A stretch of DNA of 36,636 nt, taken from positions 1 to 36,636 of IMG/VR virus record IMGVR_UViG_3300025409_000011; one strand, given 5' to 3'. This DNA comes from a virus (Duplodnaviria > Caudoviricetes). The notes under the pieces were generated by a model. It searched no databases and had not been told where the DNA came from. It was given only the letters and a program-made list of their open reading frames with translations. The translations under genes and the position numbers were made by a program. This document shows, piece after piece, positions 1 to 8,361 of this stretch (its first letter is position 1; the number at the start of each line of letters is the position of its first letter).

Positions 1-2
1 AA

Positions 3-352
3 TGTCGCGCGCACATAGGGGAGAGCGGGGTAGTGTGGAGGGTGGAGGAGGTTGGAGCTGGGTGGAGGGGATTAGATTGGGTTGGGAAGCGCTATGATAC
101 GGCGAGGGTTAGAGGGAATTGGTGAGGTTTGGGCCGAGGAAGGGAAAAGAGGGCTGTGGCGCGGTACTGACAAGTGCGGTGTTTCGGTCGCTTGCTAAGT
201 TGTTGATTCCTGGTGGGAGTGGGCGAAAATTCAAGCGACCGGCCTGTGGAAAACTTTTTACAAGCTGAGTACTCTTAACTCACATCAACTCAATAAGATC
301 GCAAGCGACATAGCTAATTGGTCTGGTCGTTTTGATCAAAAATCCAAGCGAC
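3..352. promoter_or_regulatory. Putative phage left end with transposase-binding repeats
   Basis: TGTCGC at 3-8; CAAGCGAC at 232-239, 302-309, 345-352 and inverted at 187-194; lies just beyond the repressor as in Mu attL. Confidence 0.5.
196..208 (-). promoter_or_regulatory. IHF-binding consensus site
   Basis: Reverse complement AATCAACAACTTA matches WATCAANNNNTTR exactly. Confidence 0.55.
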
Positions 353-470
353 TAGAGAGCCATTGTAACTGCGGAAAATAAACTGATAGAAGTCAAGAGG
401 CGGCAGCGAAAATAAGGAAGATTTTGGGTGAACCGAATTTTTCACAGGTTTATTTCGTGGGTGGCTCAAG

Positions 471-497
471 TGGATTCCCCTTTTCACGGGAATGACG
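471..497 (-). repeat. ATTCCC-N8-GGGAAT (dRS3/REP-like) palindrome, copy 1
   Basis: tggATTCCCcttttcacGGGAATgacg; same family at 7620 and 12369. Confidence 0.7.
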
Positions 498-702
498 AGC
501 GGCGCGCGCAGCCGACCGACTGGATCAGCTAACCGCTTTTTAAATTGGTGCGCCCAGGCTGGGCTTCCAGGAGACGCTGGATTTTGCCCAGGCGACGCTC
601 GATCATGAGAACCGCTATATAAAGGATGCCACCCAGGATCAAGCCTACTACCCAACCAAATAGAGAAACAACCTGTTCATTGGTCATGATTCCCTCCCCT
701 TT

Positions 703-1179
703 TTACTTTTTGCGGTACTTGGCGTCGCGCCACTGGGCGCCGCGGCGGACCAGTCGCTCGGCCTCGGCCTTGAGGACCTCTCTTGCCCCTGAGACGCCGG
801 CGGCAGCGGCTTCATAGAGCAGGTTTAACCCTTCCATCCCGTCATTGAAGTAGCGGGCAAGATCTGCATCCTTATCTATAACAGGTTGCTGCAGGTTGGT
901 TCTTTGAGGCCGCTGAAGAGGCTTGGCTTCAGGAGTCGACAAGCCAAAGAGGGCGCGCGTCTCGTCATCAGGGTACAAACCCAATACTCGCAGCAGCCAT
1001 TTTCCGCGAGGGCTCCGCTCACCCCTCTCCCAACGGCTGACCGTCCCCACCGAGCAGCCTAATTCTGCAGCGAGTTGCGCCTGGCTTTTGCGAGAACGCT
1101 CCCGAAGCACGGCCAGCGCGGGGCCAATCCTGGATGTGCCCGTCCCGTATTCACTAACTTCTAACCTTTTCTCGTTCAC
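703..1179 (-). CDS. XRE-family HTH phage repressor (c-like)
   Basis: LRERSRKSQAQLAAELGCSVGTVSRWERGERSP is a typical HTH_3 motif; divergent from early operon. Confidence 0.88.
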   Translation of the reverse strand: MNEKRLEVSEYGTGTSRIGPALAVLRERSRKSQAQLAAELGCSVGTVSRWERGERSPRGKWLLRVLGLYPDDETRALFGLSTPEAKPLQRPQRTNLQQPVIDKDADLARYFNDGMEGLNLLYEAAAAGVSGAREVLKAEAERLVRRGAQWRDAKYRKK

Positions 1180-1200
1180 AAAATTTAACTAACTTGGGAC

Positions 1201-1241
1201 TTGACTTGCCATTTGGGCTAGGCCATACTGCCTAGGCCAAA
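1201..1241 (+). promoter_or_regulatory. Early sigma70-like promoter with overlapping operator
   Basis: TTGACT (1201-1206), 17 bp spacer, CATACT (1224-1229); -10 flanked by inverted repeat tttgggctaggc/gcctaggccaaa. Confidence 0.65.
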
Positions 1242-1246
1242 AGGTA

Positions 1247-1266
1247 AGGTCACGGTAGCGTGACCT
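1247..1266. promoter_or_regulatory. Perfect 8-bp inverted repeat, candidate operator
   Basis: AGGTCACG gtag CGTGACCT between promoter and first early gene. Confidence 0.5.
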
Positions 1267-1275
1267 GTTAAACCC

Positions 1276-1536
1276 ATGAAGCGTACCACAAAAGACGGAC
1301 ATAGGAAACTCGGACCTGAAACATCCCGATTGATCCGGGGGATGCGTGGCGGGGCGGCGAAAATCGCGGTCCTAAGCGGGATCAATCACGCCTACATATC
1401 CCGAGTGCTGAGCGGGAAGAAACCCCCCAGCACGCGATTCTGGCTTGGCGTCGATAAGCTCTTGGCTCTGATCCAGGGCCAGGTTACGCGCGCGATCATT
1501 CTGCATGAGCATCCCGAGATCGAGCGCGGCCGGTAG
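1276..1536 (+). CDS. Ner/Cro-like HTH protein
   Basis: AAKIAVLSGINHAYISRVLSGKK HTH pattern; first gene divergent from repressor. Confidence 0.7.
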   Translation: MKRTTKDGHRKLGPETSRLIRGMRGGAAKIAVLSGINHAYISRVLSGKKPPSTRFWLGVDKLLALIQGQVTRAIILHEHPEIERGR

Positions 1537-1554
1537 TAAGGGGCTTGGGAAATC

Positions 1555-1842
1555 ATGATCGATTATCACCCCTCCGACCACGAAAGACTCACCGCGAGCA
1601 TTGAGAACGAGGAACTCCTCACCACAATTTCCCTCAAGGTTCCCCGTTGGGTGGAGGACACTTTCCTGCAAGTGTGCCGCGACACGGGATTAGACCTATC
1701 GAAGGCGCTGCGCATCGTGCTGGTGGAAATTGCGCGAACCCTCAAACGCCATTGGAAAAAAGGCCCGGCCCTGGGGCCGTTCCTCGAACACCTGGAGTTC
1801 AAGCCCGAACAGTACAACTTGTTTTTTGAAAGGCGAAGGTAA
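1555..1842 (+). CDS. Ribbon-helix-helix-like DNA-binding protein
   Basis: TISLKVPRWVEDTFLQVCRDTGLDLSKALRIVL fits RHH pattern. Confidence 0.55.
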   Translation: MIDYHPSDHERLTASIENEELLTTISLKVPRWVEDTFLQVCRDTGLDLSKALRIVLVEIARTLKRHWKKGPALGPFLEHLEFKPEQYNLFFERRR

Positions 1843-2124
1843 ATGACGCAATTGACGCAGATGACGGAGGGGATCATGCGAGCAATCATTAGGAGGTTTG
1901 TAATTTGTAATTCCGATGGAAGGCCACTGCCGACGGCGAGATTCAGAAAACATTGGGATGCTTTCAAGGCTGCTATCAGGGCCACTCGGCGCAACCACAA
2001 TAGCCTTTATGTTTATGACAGCATGGCCCGGCGCGGAGCTGTCTATGCCATGCGCATCGTTGATGGCAGCGTAGATGATTTCTTCCCGCGGCGTCGTCGC
2101 CGTGCGGCGCGGAGGGCATCATGA
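1843..2124 (+). CDS. hypothetical basic protein
   Basis: ATG abuts upstream stop; ATGA overlap downstream. Confidence 0.6.
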   Translation: MTQLTQMTEGIMRAIIRRFVICNSDGRPLPTARFRKHWDAFKAAIRATRRNHNSLYVYDSMARRGAVYAMRIVDGSVDDFFPRRRRRAARRAS

Positions 2125-2315
2125 ATTTGACTTTCGATTGGGTTGTCTTCTGGGTTTCGTTGGCACTGTTCCTCTTCTTCATTTTCTGGGCCATAAGGAT
2201 GATCTTGCGAGCGAGTGCGCAGCGGGAACGCGATGAACTGCGCGCACACGCGGTGGACGTGGCGGGTCGGATGGAAGAAGTGAATCATCAGTCGTCAGTT
2301 TTCAGTCGTCAGTAG
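2121..2315 (+). CDS. small membrane protein
   Basis: N-terminal hydrophobic helix; C-terminus HQSSVFSRQ encoded by repeat arm. Confidence 0.6.
   Translation: MNLTFDWVVFWVSLALFLFFIFWAIRMILRASAQRERDELRAHAVDVAGRMEEVNHQSSVFSRQ
2288..2315 (+). repeat. TCAGT heptamer element 1 (left arm only)
   Basis: tcagtcg tcagttt tcagtcg tcagtag; last unit holds TAG stop. Confidence 0.85.
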
Positions 2316-2354
2316 CGGGGCATTTATCTCGCCGGCGGGGGCCCGGCATCACTT

Positions 2355-4751
2355 ATGAGCGAAACCATCAGCAAGCGAGAGGCCGCGCGGTTGCTCCAAA
2401 TTTCAGTGCGCGAGATCGAACGCCGGATCGCGGCGGGCGAGCTCCAGGCCGCGCCATCTCCAACCGGACGCCATCGCGGGCGGCCAACCATGGAAATTCT
2501 AGTTTCCTCTTTGCCAGCAGAAAAGCAAACAGCCTGGGCGGGACGGGCCTACCTAACGCAAAGCCCTGAGGAGATCACCACACAGACCACCTCAATTCGA
2601 ACCCTGCAAGACGATCTGCTATGCAAACCGTTCCGCCCAGGCGCGGCCGTAACCCCTCATCCGGCCTCCGATGTCGGCCACCCTCTCCCGCCAGGGCGGA
2701 TCTTCGACCCCTTGGAGAGGGCAGGAAAGCAATTGGCGCGGCGCGACAAGCTGATTAGCACCGCGGCCGGGGAAGCGCAGTTGGTGCTGGAATTCGACCG
2801 CGACAAGGCACTCCGGTTGCTTCCCCCGGAGCTCCACGAATGGGCCTCGACCTGGTTCAACCGCCTGGTGGATGCCGGCCTGCTTTGCCTGATTGACGGC
2901 GACCGCGTGGTGCGCAATGGTGGCTGGAAGAAGTTTCAGCGCCAAGAACTCCGCGCCGGCGAGCGCTGCTTCTATATAAGGAGCAAGGAAGACGTCGTCC
3001 GCTACATTGCCGCTACTTTCCAGGTGAGTCCGGCCTTCGTCTGGGAACGTTGCCGGGAGTTCTTCGAGTTCTTCACCTACGTGGTGGGCCAGAAGCGCAC
3101 CCAGGAACCTATTGACCTCGAGGTGGTCGCGCAAATCTTTCCCGCGCGCGCCAAAGACAGCGGCGGGCGTTTTCGCCCGCGCTCCGATGCGGGGATTTCC
3201 AAGACCATCCCTCAGCCGGCGGCGGAGCTCTTGCTCGCCCGGTACGGCGCGGGATCGCGGCCTGGCACGGACGGCTGGCGGCCGAGTTTCGCGCTGGTGC
3301 TGGATGAGTACCAGACCTGGCGCCAGGCAATCATCGACGCGAGCCAAAATCCCGACGAGCATGGATACCCGGAAGTTTCGATTTATGCCCTGCGGCGCCT
3401 GCTGCCCGCCCAGGCCTGCAAATCCGATCCGGGTCTGGTCCTGGCGCGGGAAGGTTCCGCAGCGCTGCGCGATCGCGTGACGCCCTACATCCTGCGCGAT
3501 GTTTCCAATCTATTCACCCATCAATGGTGGATTGCTGACAACCGGCGCTCTCACCTGGTCGTCGAATCGACGAAGTATCCCGGCTACGTCTATCGGCCCT
3601 ACGTAACCTGGATTCACGACGTTCGGACCATGTATCCCATCGCCTTCGTTGTGACCATAATCCCCTGCGCCCTGGTTACCTTCCGGGCCCTCAAAATCGG
3701 TTTCCTGACATTCGAGATAGCCCCAGACGTTTTCTATTCGGATAACGGGAAGGAGTTCAGGAACCTGATGATTGGAGGCTCCGGGGCCATCCCCTTTGAA
3801 GGCAACGATGTTTTTGACCTTGACCAGAAAGCCTTGCTGCGCCGCTTTAATATCAAGCATTGCCTGGCTCTACCCTCACGGCGGAACAGACTTACTGGCG
3901 AAACCCAATGCCACGGCCGGTCGAAAAAGGACGAACCCTGGTTTGGTGCCTGGATGAACACATTCGATCGGCAGCAGCCGGGAGCCTGCGGGAAAGATCC
4001 CTTTGATAAACCCGACAAACTCTATGTCGAGTTGCGCGACAAGGGAAAACTCATAACCGATCTGGAGTACGAGCGGCGCCTGGCCGCATACGTCAATGAC
4101 CGCATCGTGAATCATCCCTCGCGCGGGCTCATGGGCCTATCACCGGCCGATGCGTTGAAGCGCTACTCACGCGAGGCGTGGGGGCTTCCAGAAGAGCGCG
4201 CGCTCCTTCCCGAGCAGATCGGAGAACTGATTTCCGTTCGCGACAAGCGCACCGTGAAGAATTCCATGGTCACGGTCAAGATTGGCGGCGAGGAACGCAA
4301 GTACGAACACTCCGCGTTCTTCTCGCTCTCGGGCCAGGACGTGGACATTGCCTACGATCCCACGGAGCCCGCTGAAATCTTTGTCTACTATAACGGCCGC
4401 GCCCTGGGGCGCGCCCCAGAAGTTCCGAAACTTCCTTGGGGTTCGGCGTCCAATCCCCAATCCCTAATCCCTAACCCCGTGTCTGAAGGCATGCGCAAGC
4501 AACGCCTCGCGACCAAGTCCGCGAGAGAGATGATCGTGCGGCGCGAGCAGGCGGCGCCGCCCTTGAGCCAAGCCGAAATGACGGACATCCGGGAACTGCT
4601 CATCCAGAAGCGCGGCCTCCCGGCGCCGGTGGCCCATGCGGCGTCGATCGAGCGGGTGCGCGAGCAGTCAATCCGAAAAGCTTCACCACAGAGGCCACAG
4701 AGACGGATGACGGCTGATGATATTGCCAGGGAAGTCCTGAAGGATGAATGA
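2355..4751 (+). CDS. Mu-like DDE transposase A
   Basis: N-terminal HTH (ISKREAARLLQISVREIERRI), WWIAD, YSDNGKEF, GRSKKDE catalytic motifs, C-terminal YDP beta-barrel. Confidence 0.9.
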   Translation: MSETISKREAARLLQISVREIERRIAAGELQAAPSPTGRHRGRPTMEILVSSLPAEKQTAWAGRAYLTQSPEEITTQTTSIRTLQDDLLCKPFRPGAAVTPHPASDVGHPLPPGRIFDPLERAGKQLARRDKLISTAAGEAQLVLEFDRDKALRLLPPELHEWASTWFNRLVDAGLLCLIDGDRVVRNGGWKKFQRQELRAGERCFYIRSKEDVVRYIAATFQVSPAFVWERCREFFEFFTYVVGQKRTQEPIDLEVVAQIFPARAKDSGGRFRPRSDAGISKTIPQPAAELLLARYGAGSRPGTDGWRPSFALVLDEYQTWRQAIIDASQNPDEHGYPEVSIYALRRLLPAQACKSDPGLVLAREGSAALRDRVTPYILRDVSNLFTHQWWIADNRRSHLVVESTKYPGYVYRPYVTWIHDVRTMYPIAFVVTIIPCALVTFRALKIGFLTFEIAPDVFYSDNGKEFRNLMIGGSGAIPFEGNDVFDLDQKALLRRFNIKHCLALPSRRNRLTGETQCHGRSKKDEPWFGAWMNTFDRQQPGACGKDPFDKPDKLYVELRDKGKLITDLEYERRLAAYVNDRIVNHPSRGLMGLSPADALKRYSREAWGLPEERALLPEQIGELISVRDKRTVKNSMVTVKIGGEERKYEHSAFFSLSGQDVDIAYDPTEPAEIFVYYNGRALGRAPEVPKLPWGSASNPQSLIPNPVSEGMRKQRLATKSAREMIVRREQAAPPLSQAEMTDIRELLIQKRGLPAPVAHAASIERVREQSIRKASPQRPQRRMTADDIAREVLKDE
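2653..2721 (+). repeat. REP-like palindrome in frame within transposase
   Basis: cccctcatccggcc...ggccaCCCTCTCC...GGAGAGGG, encodes PHPASDVGHPLPPGR. Confidence 0.55.
4452..4479 (+). repeat. AATCCCn heptamer array inside transposase
   Basis: aatcccc aatccct aatccct aaccccg, encodes NPQSLIPNP. Confidence 0.75.
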
Positions 4752-5863
4752 ACTACTACAACGAGAACGATCCGTTCGCGGCAGCATGGTTGCGGGAGTT
4801 GATCAAGACGGGCCAGATAGCGCTAGGGGAAGTTGATGAACGGGACATCCGAGAAATCCAACCTGCGGATCTCGAAGGCTTCACGCAGTGCCATTTCTTC
4901 GCTGGAATCGGCGTGTGGAGTTATGCCCTTAGAGCGGCTGGATGGGCAGACGATACTCCCGTTTGGACAGGCTCCTGCCCCTGCCAAAGTTTCAGTGCGA
5001 GCGGGAAGCGGGGAGGCTTCTCAGATCAGCGTCACTTATGGCCCGCATGGTTCCGGCTCATCCGCGAGTTACGCCCTCAGCATATTTTTGGCGAGCAGAC
5101 TTCGGGAAAAGACGGCCTTGCTTGGCTCGACCTTGTATCGGCTGACCTGGAAGGAATCGGTTACACCTTCGGGGCGACGGATATACCGGCTTGCGGCTTC
5201 GGAGCGCCGCACAAAAGGAACCGGCTGTACTTCGTGGCCGACGCCCGATGCGACGAATCCGTGCGATGGAACCGACTTCGATATTCAGTTGGAACGGATG
5301 GCGGCACGGCGCAAGAGGGCGAAGGAAGTCCAACTGACAGGGAGTGGCCGTTCAATGAATTTACAAATGGCAGCGCAGGCAGCCGCATGGCCGAGTCCGA
5401 CTGCGCTCAGGCCAGCCCAGAAGGACTACAACGAAGCCGGGAACTCGGACAACCTGCGGAGGATGGTTGCGGTGAGCCCATGGCCGATACCGAACGCCCA
5501 GGACGGCGAGGGCGGTGGGCAAGCGAAGCGGGCAGTGAATTCAGAGAGGTCGAACGACCTGAACGACTTTGCGCAACTGGCGAGCTGGGCGACCCCGCGC
5601 AGCGAGGACTCGGAATGCGTAGGAGCGCATCGGGGAACGCCGGACGGGCTGCACAGCCAGGCTTCACTAACGGCTTCTGGGCCGACGCCGAATGGCTCTG
5701 GTGCCGCGACCAAAAGTATCGGGCAGTTGAACCCGGCACATTCCCGCTGGTTACAAGCGCTCCCAACCGTGTGGGACGACTGCGCGGCTACGGTAATGCG
5801 CTCTGTGCGGAAGTCGCCAAAGGCTTCATCGAAGCCTATCTCGAACTGATGACTGATAACTGA
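4748..5863 (+). CDS. DNA (cytosine-5) methyltransferase, alpha polypeptide
   Basis: FFAGIG (motif I), GSCPCQSFS (IV), GEQ (VI-like), HKRNRLYFV (VIII), RLRGYGNA (X). Confidence 0.9.
   Translation: MNYYNENDPFAAAWLRELIKTGQIALGEVDERDIREIQPADLEGFTQCHFFAGIGVWSYALRAAGWADDTPVWTGSCPCQSFSASGKRGGFSDQRHLWPAWFRLIRELRPQHIFGEQTSGKDGLAWLDLVSADLEGIGYTFGATDIPACGFGAPHKRNRLYFVADARCDESVRWNRLRYSVGTDGGTAQEGEGSPTDREWPFNEFTNGSAGSRMAESDCAQASPEGLQRSRELGQPAEDGCGEPMADTERPGRRGRWASEAGSEFREVERPERLCATGELGDPAQRGLGMRRSASGNAGRAAQPGFTNGFWADAEWLWCRDQKYRAVEPGTFPLVTSAPNRVGRLRGYGNALCAEVAKGFIEAYLELMTDN
4833..5849 (+). CDS. Nested +1-frame ORF, probable MTase beta polypeptide (TRD repeats + motif IX-like); start uncertain
   Basis: 338 codons open inside MTase; WPTP/WPSP/WPIP/WATP repeats and QLNPAHSRWLQALP; same architecture as M.EcoHK31I. 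Confidence 0.65.
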   Translation: MMNGTSEKSNLRISKASRSAISSLESACGVMPLERLDGQTILPFGQAPAPAKVSVRAGSGEASQISVTYGPHGSGSSASYALSIFLASRLREKTALLGSTLYRLTWKESVTPSGRRIYRLAASERRTKGTGCTSWPTPDATNPCDGTDFDIQLERMAARRKRAKEVQLTGSGRSMNLQMAAQAAAWPSPTALRPAQKDYNEAGNSDNLRRMVAVSPWPIPNAQDGEGGGQAKRAVNSERSNDLNDFAQLASWATPRSEDSECVGAHRGTPDGLHSQASLTASGPTPNGSGAATKSIGQLNPAHSRWLQALPTVWDDCAATVMRSVRKSPKASSKPISN

Positions 5864-5879
5864 TAACTGAGGACTAATC
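5845..5879 (+). repeat. TCAGT heptamer element 2 (right arm only)
   Basis: actgatg actgata actgata actgagg actaatc; supplies TGA stops of both MTase frames and GAGG before MuB. Confidence 0.85.
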
Positions 5880-5881
5880 TT

Positions 5882-6862
5882 ATGGACCTTCGAACCGAAA
5901 CCACTCAAGCGTTGCGGGTTTACATGATGCGGTCGGGATTTCCTCTGAGCCTGATTGCCGACCAGGCGGGGTTTGCCCCCCAGACCTTGAAGCAGTTTGT
6001 TTCCGCGGCGCGGTTCGGAACGCCGGCTACAAAAGGCGAGGACACGGCGCGCCGGCTAAAGGAATGGCTCGCCGCGAACCCTGTGGCCCTGCCGGACCTG
6101 CCCGGCGAGCTTTACGAGACCCGGGCCACACGCGAAATGGATGCCTTGCTGGACGAGGTTGCGGATGGCGCTTGGGCAAAACTCTACGGCCCTTCGGGCT
6201 CGCAGAAGACTTTCGATTTGCGTTATCGCGCTGCCGAGGCCGCGCGCATGCCTGAACCTCGGCTGATTTATATCGAGTGCTCCGCTTCAGGCATGACGGC
6301 CAGGGTGCTCCTGCGGCGGATCGCCGCCGCCCTAGGAGTGCCGTTTGCGCAGACCATCGAGGGCTTACGGCAGCAAATCTTCTACGCCATGCGCCGGCGC
6401 CGCAGTTCGTTGGCTCTTGTGGTGGATGAGTCCGACCGGTTCTATCGACAACTCGATGCGCTCGAAACCCTGCGTGAGATCGGGGATGCGCTGCCGGCGC
6501 GCGGCGGCAGGCCGGGGATGGGGATCTTGATTGCCGGCAACGAGCGCGTGATGGAGATCTTCCGCGATCGGCCTGGGATGTATATGGAGAAGTGGCGCGG
6601 GCGAATCAATCAAATCGAGCTCCGGGTGATCGGGCCGTCGATCGAGGAAGCCAAGGGAATCATCCTGAAGGAGCTTGGCCAGCTCAAGGCGGAGGCCGTG
6701 AACACGATTCTCTACGGCAAAGACGGCAAGGGCGCCAACGTGGTTGAAGATCCTGTATCCGGCGAGAACTATGTGACCGCGCACGGGCTGTTCCATGCGA
6801 TTCGGAGGATCCAGAAGCTGAGGAAGAGAAGTTCTCAGTCATCAGTCGTCAGTCTTCAGTAA
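5882..6862 (+). CDS. MuB-like AAA+ transposition ATPase
   Basis: N-terminal HTH, Walker A-like GPSGSQKT, Walker B LVVDE, ILIAGN; follows transposase. Confidence 0.88.
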   Translation: MDLRTETTQALRVYMMRSGFPLSLIADQAGFAPQTLKQFVSAARFGTPATKGEDTARRLKEWLAANPVALPDLPGELYETRATREMDALLDEVADGAWAKLYGPSGSQKTFDLRYRAAEAARMPEPRLIYIECSASGMTARVLLRRIAAALGVPFAQTIEGLRQQIFYAMRRRRSSLALVVDESDRFYRQLDALETLREIGDALPARGGRPGMGILIAGNERVMEIFRDRPGMYMEKWRGRINQIELRVIGPSIEEAKGIILKELGQLKAEAVNTILYGKDGKGANVVEDPVSGENYVTAHGLFHAIRRIQKLRKRSSQSSVVSLQ

Positions 6863-6910
6863 CTGAAAACCGCTGACTGACAACTGATGACTGATAACTG
6901 AGGACTAAAT
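6828..6910. repeat. TCAGT heptamer element 3 (full inverted pair)
   Basis: gaagttc (tcagtnn)4 ... (actgann)5 actaaat ATG. Confidence 0.9.
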
Positions 6911-7141
6911 ATGAACCCGATTGGGCAAGTTAGGGAAAGGGATGCCGAATGCGCAGTTCTGACTGGTGCGGACGGCTCCTCAATGATCTTCGTCTCGACG
7001 CCGCGCAAATGTCCGGTCTGCCAGGAGATGTCGTGCATCCTGATCAACCGCGACGGCAAAACGCGTTGCTGGGAATGCCACGGGAACTACCGGGATTCGG
7101 GATCAGGGGTTAGGGATTCGGGCGCGGGAAGGGCCGCGTAG
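6911..7141 (+). CDS. small zinc-finger protein
   Basis: CPVC...CWEC; C-terminus encoded by GGGATTC repeats. Confidence 0.6.
   Translation: MNPIGQVRERDAECAVLTGADGSSMIFVSTPRKCPVCQEMSCILINRDGKTRCWECHGNYRDSGSGVRDSGAGRAA
7092..7122 (+). repeat. GGGATTn heptamer array (left arm only)
   Basis: gggattc gggatca ggggtta gggattc. Confidence 0.75.
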
Positions 7142-7143
7142 CC

Positions 7144-7443
7144 ATGCAGCAACTCTTTCACGATATCGGGAAATGGTCAGACACGACCTTCGGAGACGAA
7201 AGACTGAACAGTACGATCCATCATTTGGAATTAGAGGTTGGCGAACTCAAGGTCGATCCGTTTGAAATCGAGGAATATGCCGACTGTCTCCTGCTTCTCT
7301 TTGATGCCGCTCGAAAAGCGGGGTTCGAGTTCAGTGATCTTTTGCTTGCTGCACAGATGAAGTTGGAAAAGAACAAAGCACGCAAATGGGGAAGAGATCT
7401 CGGCGAAGGCGCGATCGGACATCTGCCCGAGGCTGAAACCTGA
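7144..7443 (+). CDS. MazG-like dNTP pyrophosphohydrolase (DUF550-like)
   Basis: WSDTTFG, HLELEVGEL, EEYADCLLLLFDA, KLEKNKARKW. Confidence 0.8.
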   Translation: MQQLFHDIGKWSDTTFGDERLNSTIHHLELEVGELKVDPFEIEEYADCLLLLFDAARKAGFEFSDLLLAAQMKLEKNKARKWGRDLGEGAIGHLPEAET

Positions 7444-7466
7444 AAACTGATGACTGAGAACTGAGG
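7439..7466 (+). repeat. TCAGT heptamer element 4 (right arm only)
   Basis: cctgaaa actgatg actgaga actgagg; gives TGA stop and GAGGT RBS. Confidence 0.85.
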
Positions 7467-7472
7467 TGGAAC

Positions 7473-7868
7473 ATGGACTGGAGCCAAGAAGACGAGAAGC
7501 GAATCCGCACCGCGGCCGTACGGAGCGTCAAACTGCCCAACTGGTCAGATGCGTCTGTGGATCGCTTATGGCGAGATGTGACGAACCTCGGGCCGGGCAT
7601 TCCCGCGCCGACGCAACGGTGTCATTCCCGCGAAAGCGGGAATCCACTGAACTCCCGCGTGCGCGGCGACGACACCGAGCACGACGCCCAACTCCGCGCC
7701 GACCTCGAGGTGCGCGAAGCGGAAATCCTTGGCCGAATCGAACGGCAGCGTGCGGGGATGGCCGCTTGGCAACGCGAACGGCGCTTGACCTGGCTCCGCC
7801 GAATCGCGACGGCGGCGATCGCGGTCGGCGTGGGCGCGGCGTGGATTTGGATGATCAGCAAGTGGTAG
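7473..7868 (+). CDS. hypothetical protein, C-terminal TM helix, in-frame palindrome insertion
   Basis: Good RBS; hydrophobic C-terminus; CHSRESGNP segment from repeat. Confidence 0.6.
   Translation: MDWSQEDEKRIRTAAVRSVKLPNWSDASVDRLWRDVTNLGPGIPAPTQRCHSRESGNPLNSRVRGDDTEHDAQLRADLEVREAEILGRIERQRAGMAAWQRERRLTWLRRIATAAIAVGVGAAWIWMISKW
7620..7675 (+). repeat. ATTCCC-N8-GGGAAT palindrome copy 2 plus degenerate partner, in frame
   Basis: tgtcATTCCCgcgaaagcGGGAATcca...actcccgcgtgcgcggcgacgaca. Confidence 0.75.
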
Positions 7869-7951
7869 CGCGGACCTGTTTGTTAGGTCCGCGGCCCGTA
7901 TCTATGATGGCGAAGAAGAACCGCAGACCTTGGGAAACAGGTCTGCGCTAC
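7865..7951. repeat. GTAG-family REP doublet (REPIN-like)
   Basis: GTAG cgcggacct-N7-aggtccgcg ... cgcagacct-N8-aggtctgcg CTAC. Confidence 0.8.
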
Positions 7952-7986
7952 CTGCTGACCGTGACTGTCTGCTGAGGATCAAAACC

Positions 7987-8358
7987 ATGAGGCCTCGAAC
8001 TACAAATCGACCTGGAGGAGAGTTTTCGAGCATCCGGGCGGTGCTTTCGGATGTTCCGATTGTGCGATCGCACAATTATCGCCCCACGCCTATTCGACAT
8101 CCGAATCCGTTGCTCCCGCTTCAGGATGCACAGGCAAGATCCCCACGGAGAGTTGCTTCGAATGGCGCGAGGACACGAAAGGAACGCGCCCTTGATCGGA
8201 TCCTGGCGGCACAGCGAGCCTTTTCTTCACCGATAGTAAGTTGCGCCGAATGGGAGAAAGCTTTCCCGGAATTTGCTGGCTGGACGGAGGCGGCTCTGAA
8301 TCGCGAGATGCTGTTGCGGATCGGCGAATTAATCTTGGCCGAAAAGTCGAGGAGATGA
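7987..8358 (+). CDS. hypothetical protein
   Basis: GAGGA before ATG 7987; fills operon slot. Confidence 0.5.
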   Translation: MRPRTTNRPGGEFSSIRAVLSDVPIVRSHNYRPTPIRHPNPLLPLQDAQARSPRRVASNGARTRKERALDRILAAQRAFSSPIVSCAEWEKAFPEFAGWTEAALNREMLLRIGELILAEKSRR

Positions 8359-8361
8359 ACC

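Noticed and set aside
245-253. DnaA-box-like TGTGGAAAA
   Set aside because: Single mismatched copy; no origin context
314-817. ORFs 314-655 (-) and 626-817 (+)
   Set aside because: No motifs; overlap end repeats, a palindromic repeat or the repressor
2619-3362. Long antisense and alternate-frame ORFs in GC-rich genes (also 14568-15215, 26598-27269, 29934-30806)
   Set aside because: Expected shadows at high GC; unlike the MTase nested ORF they show no motifs
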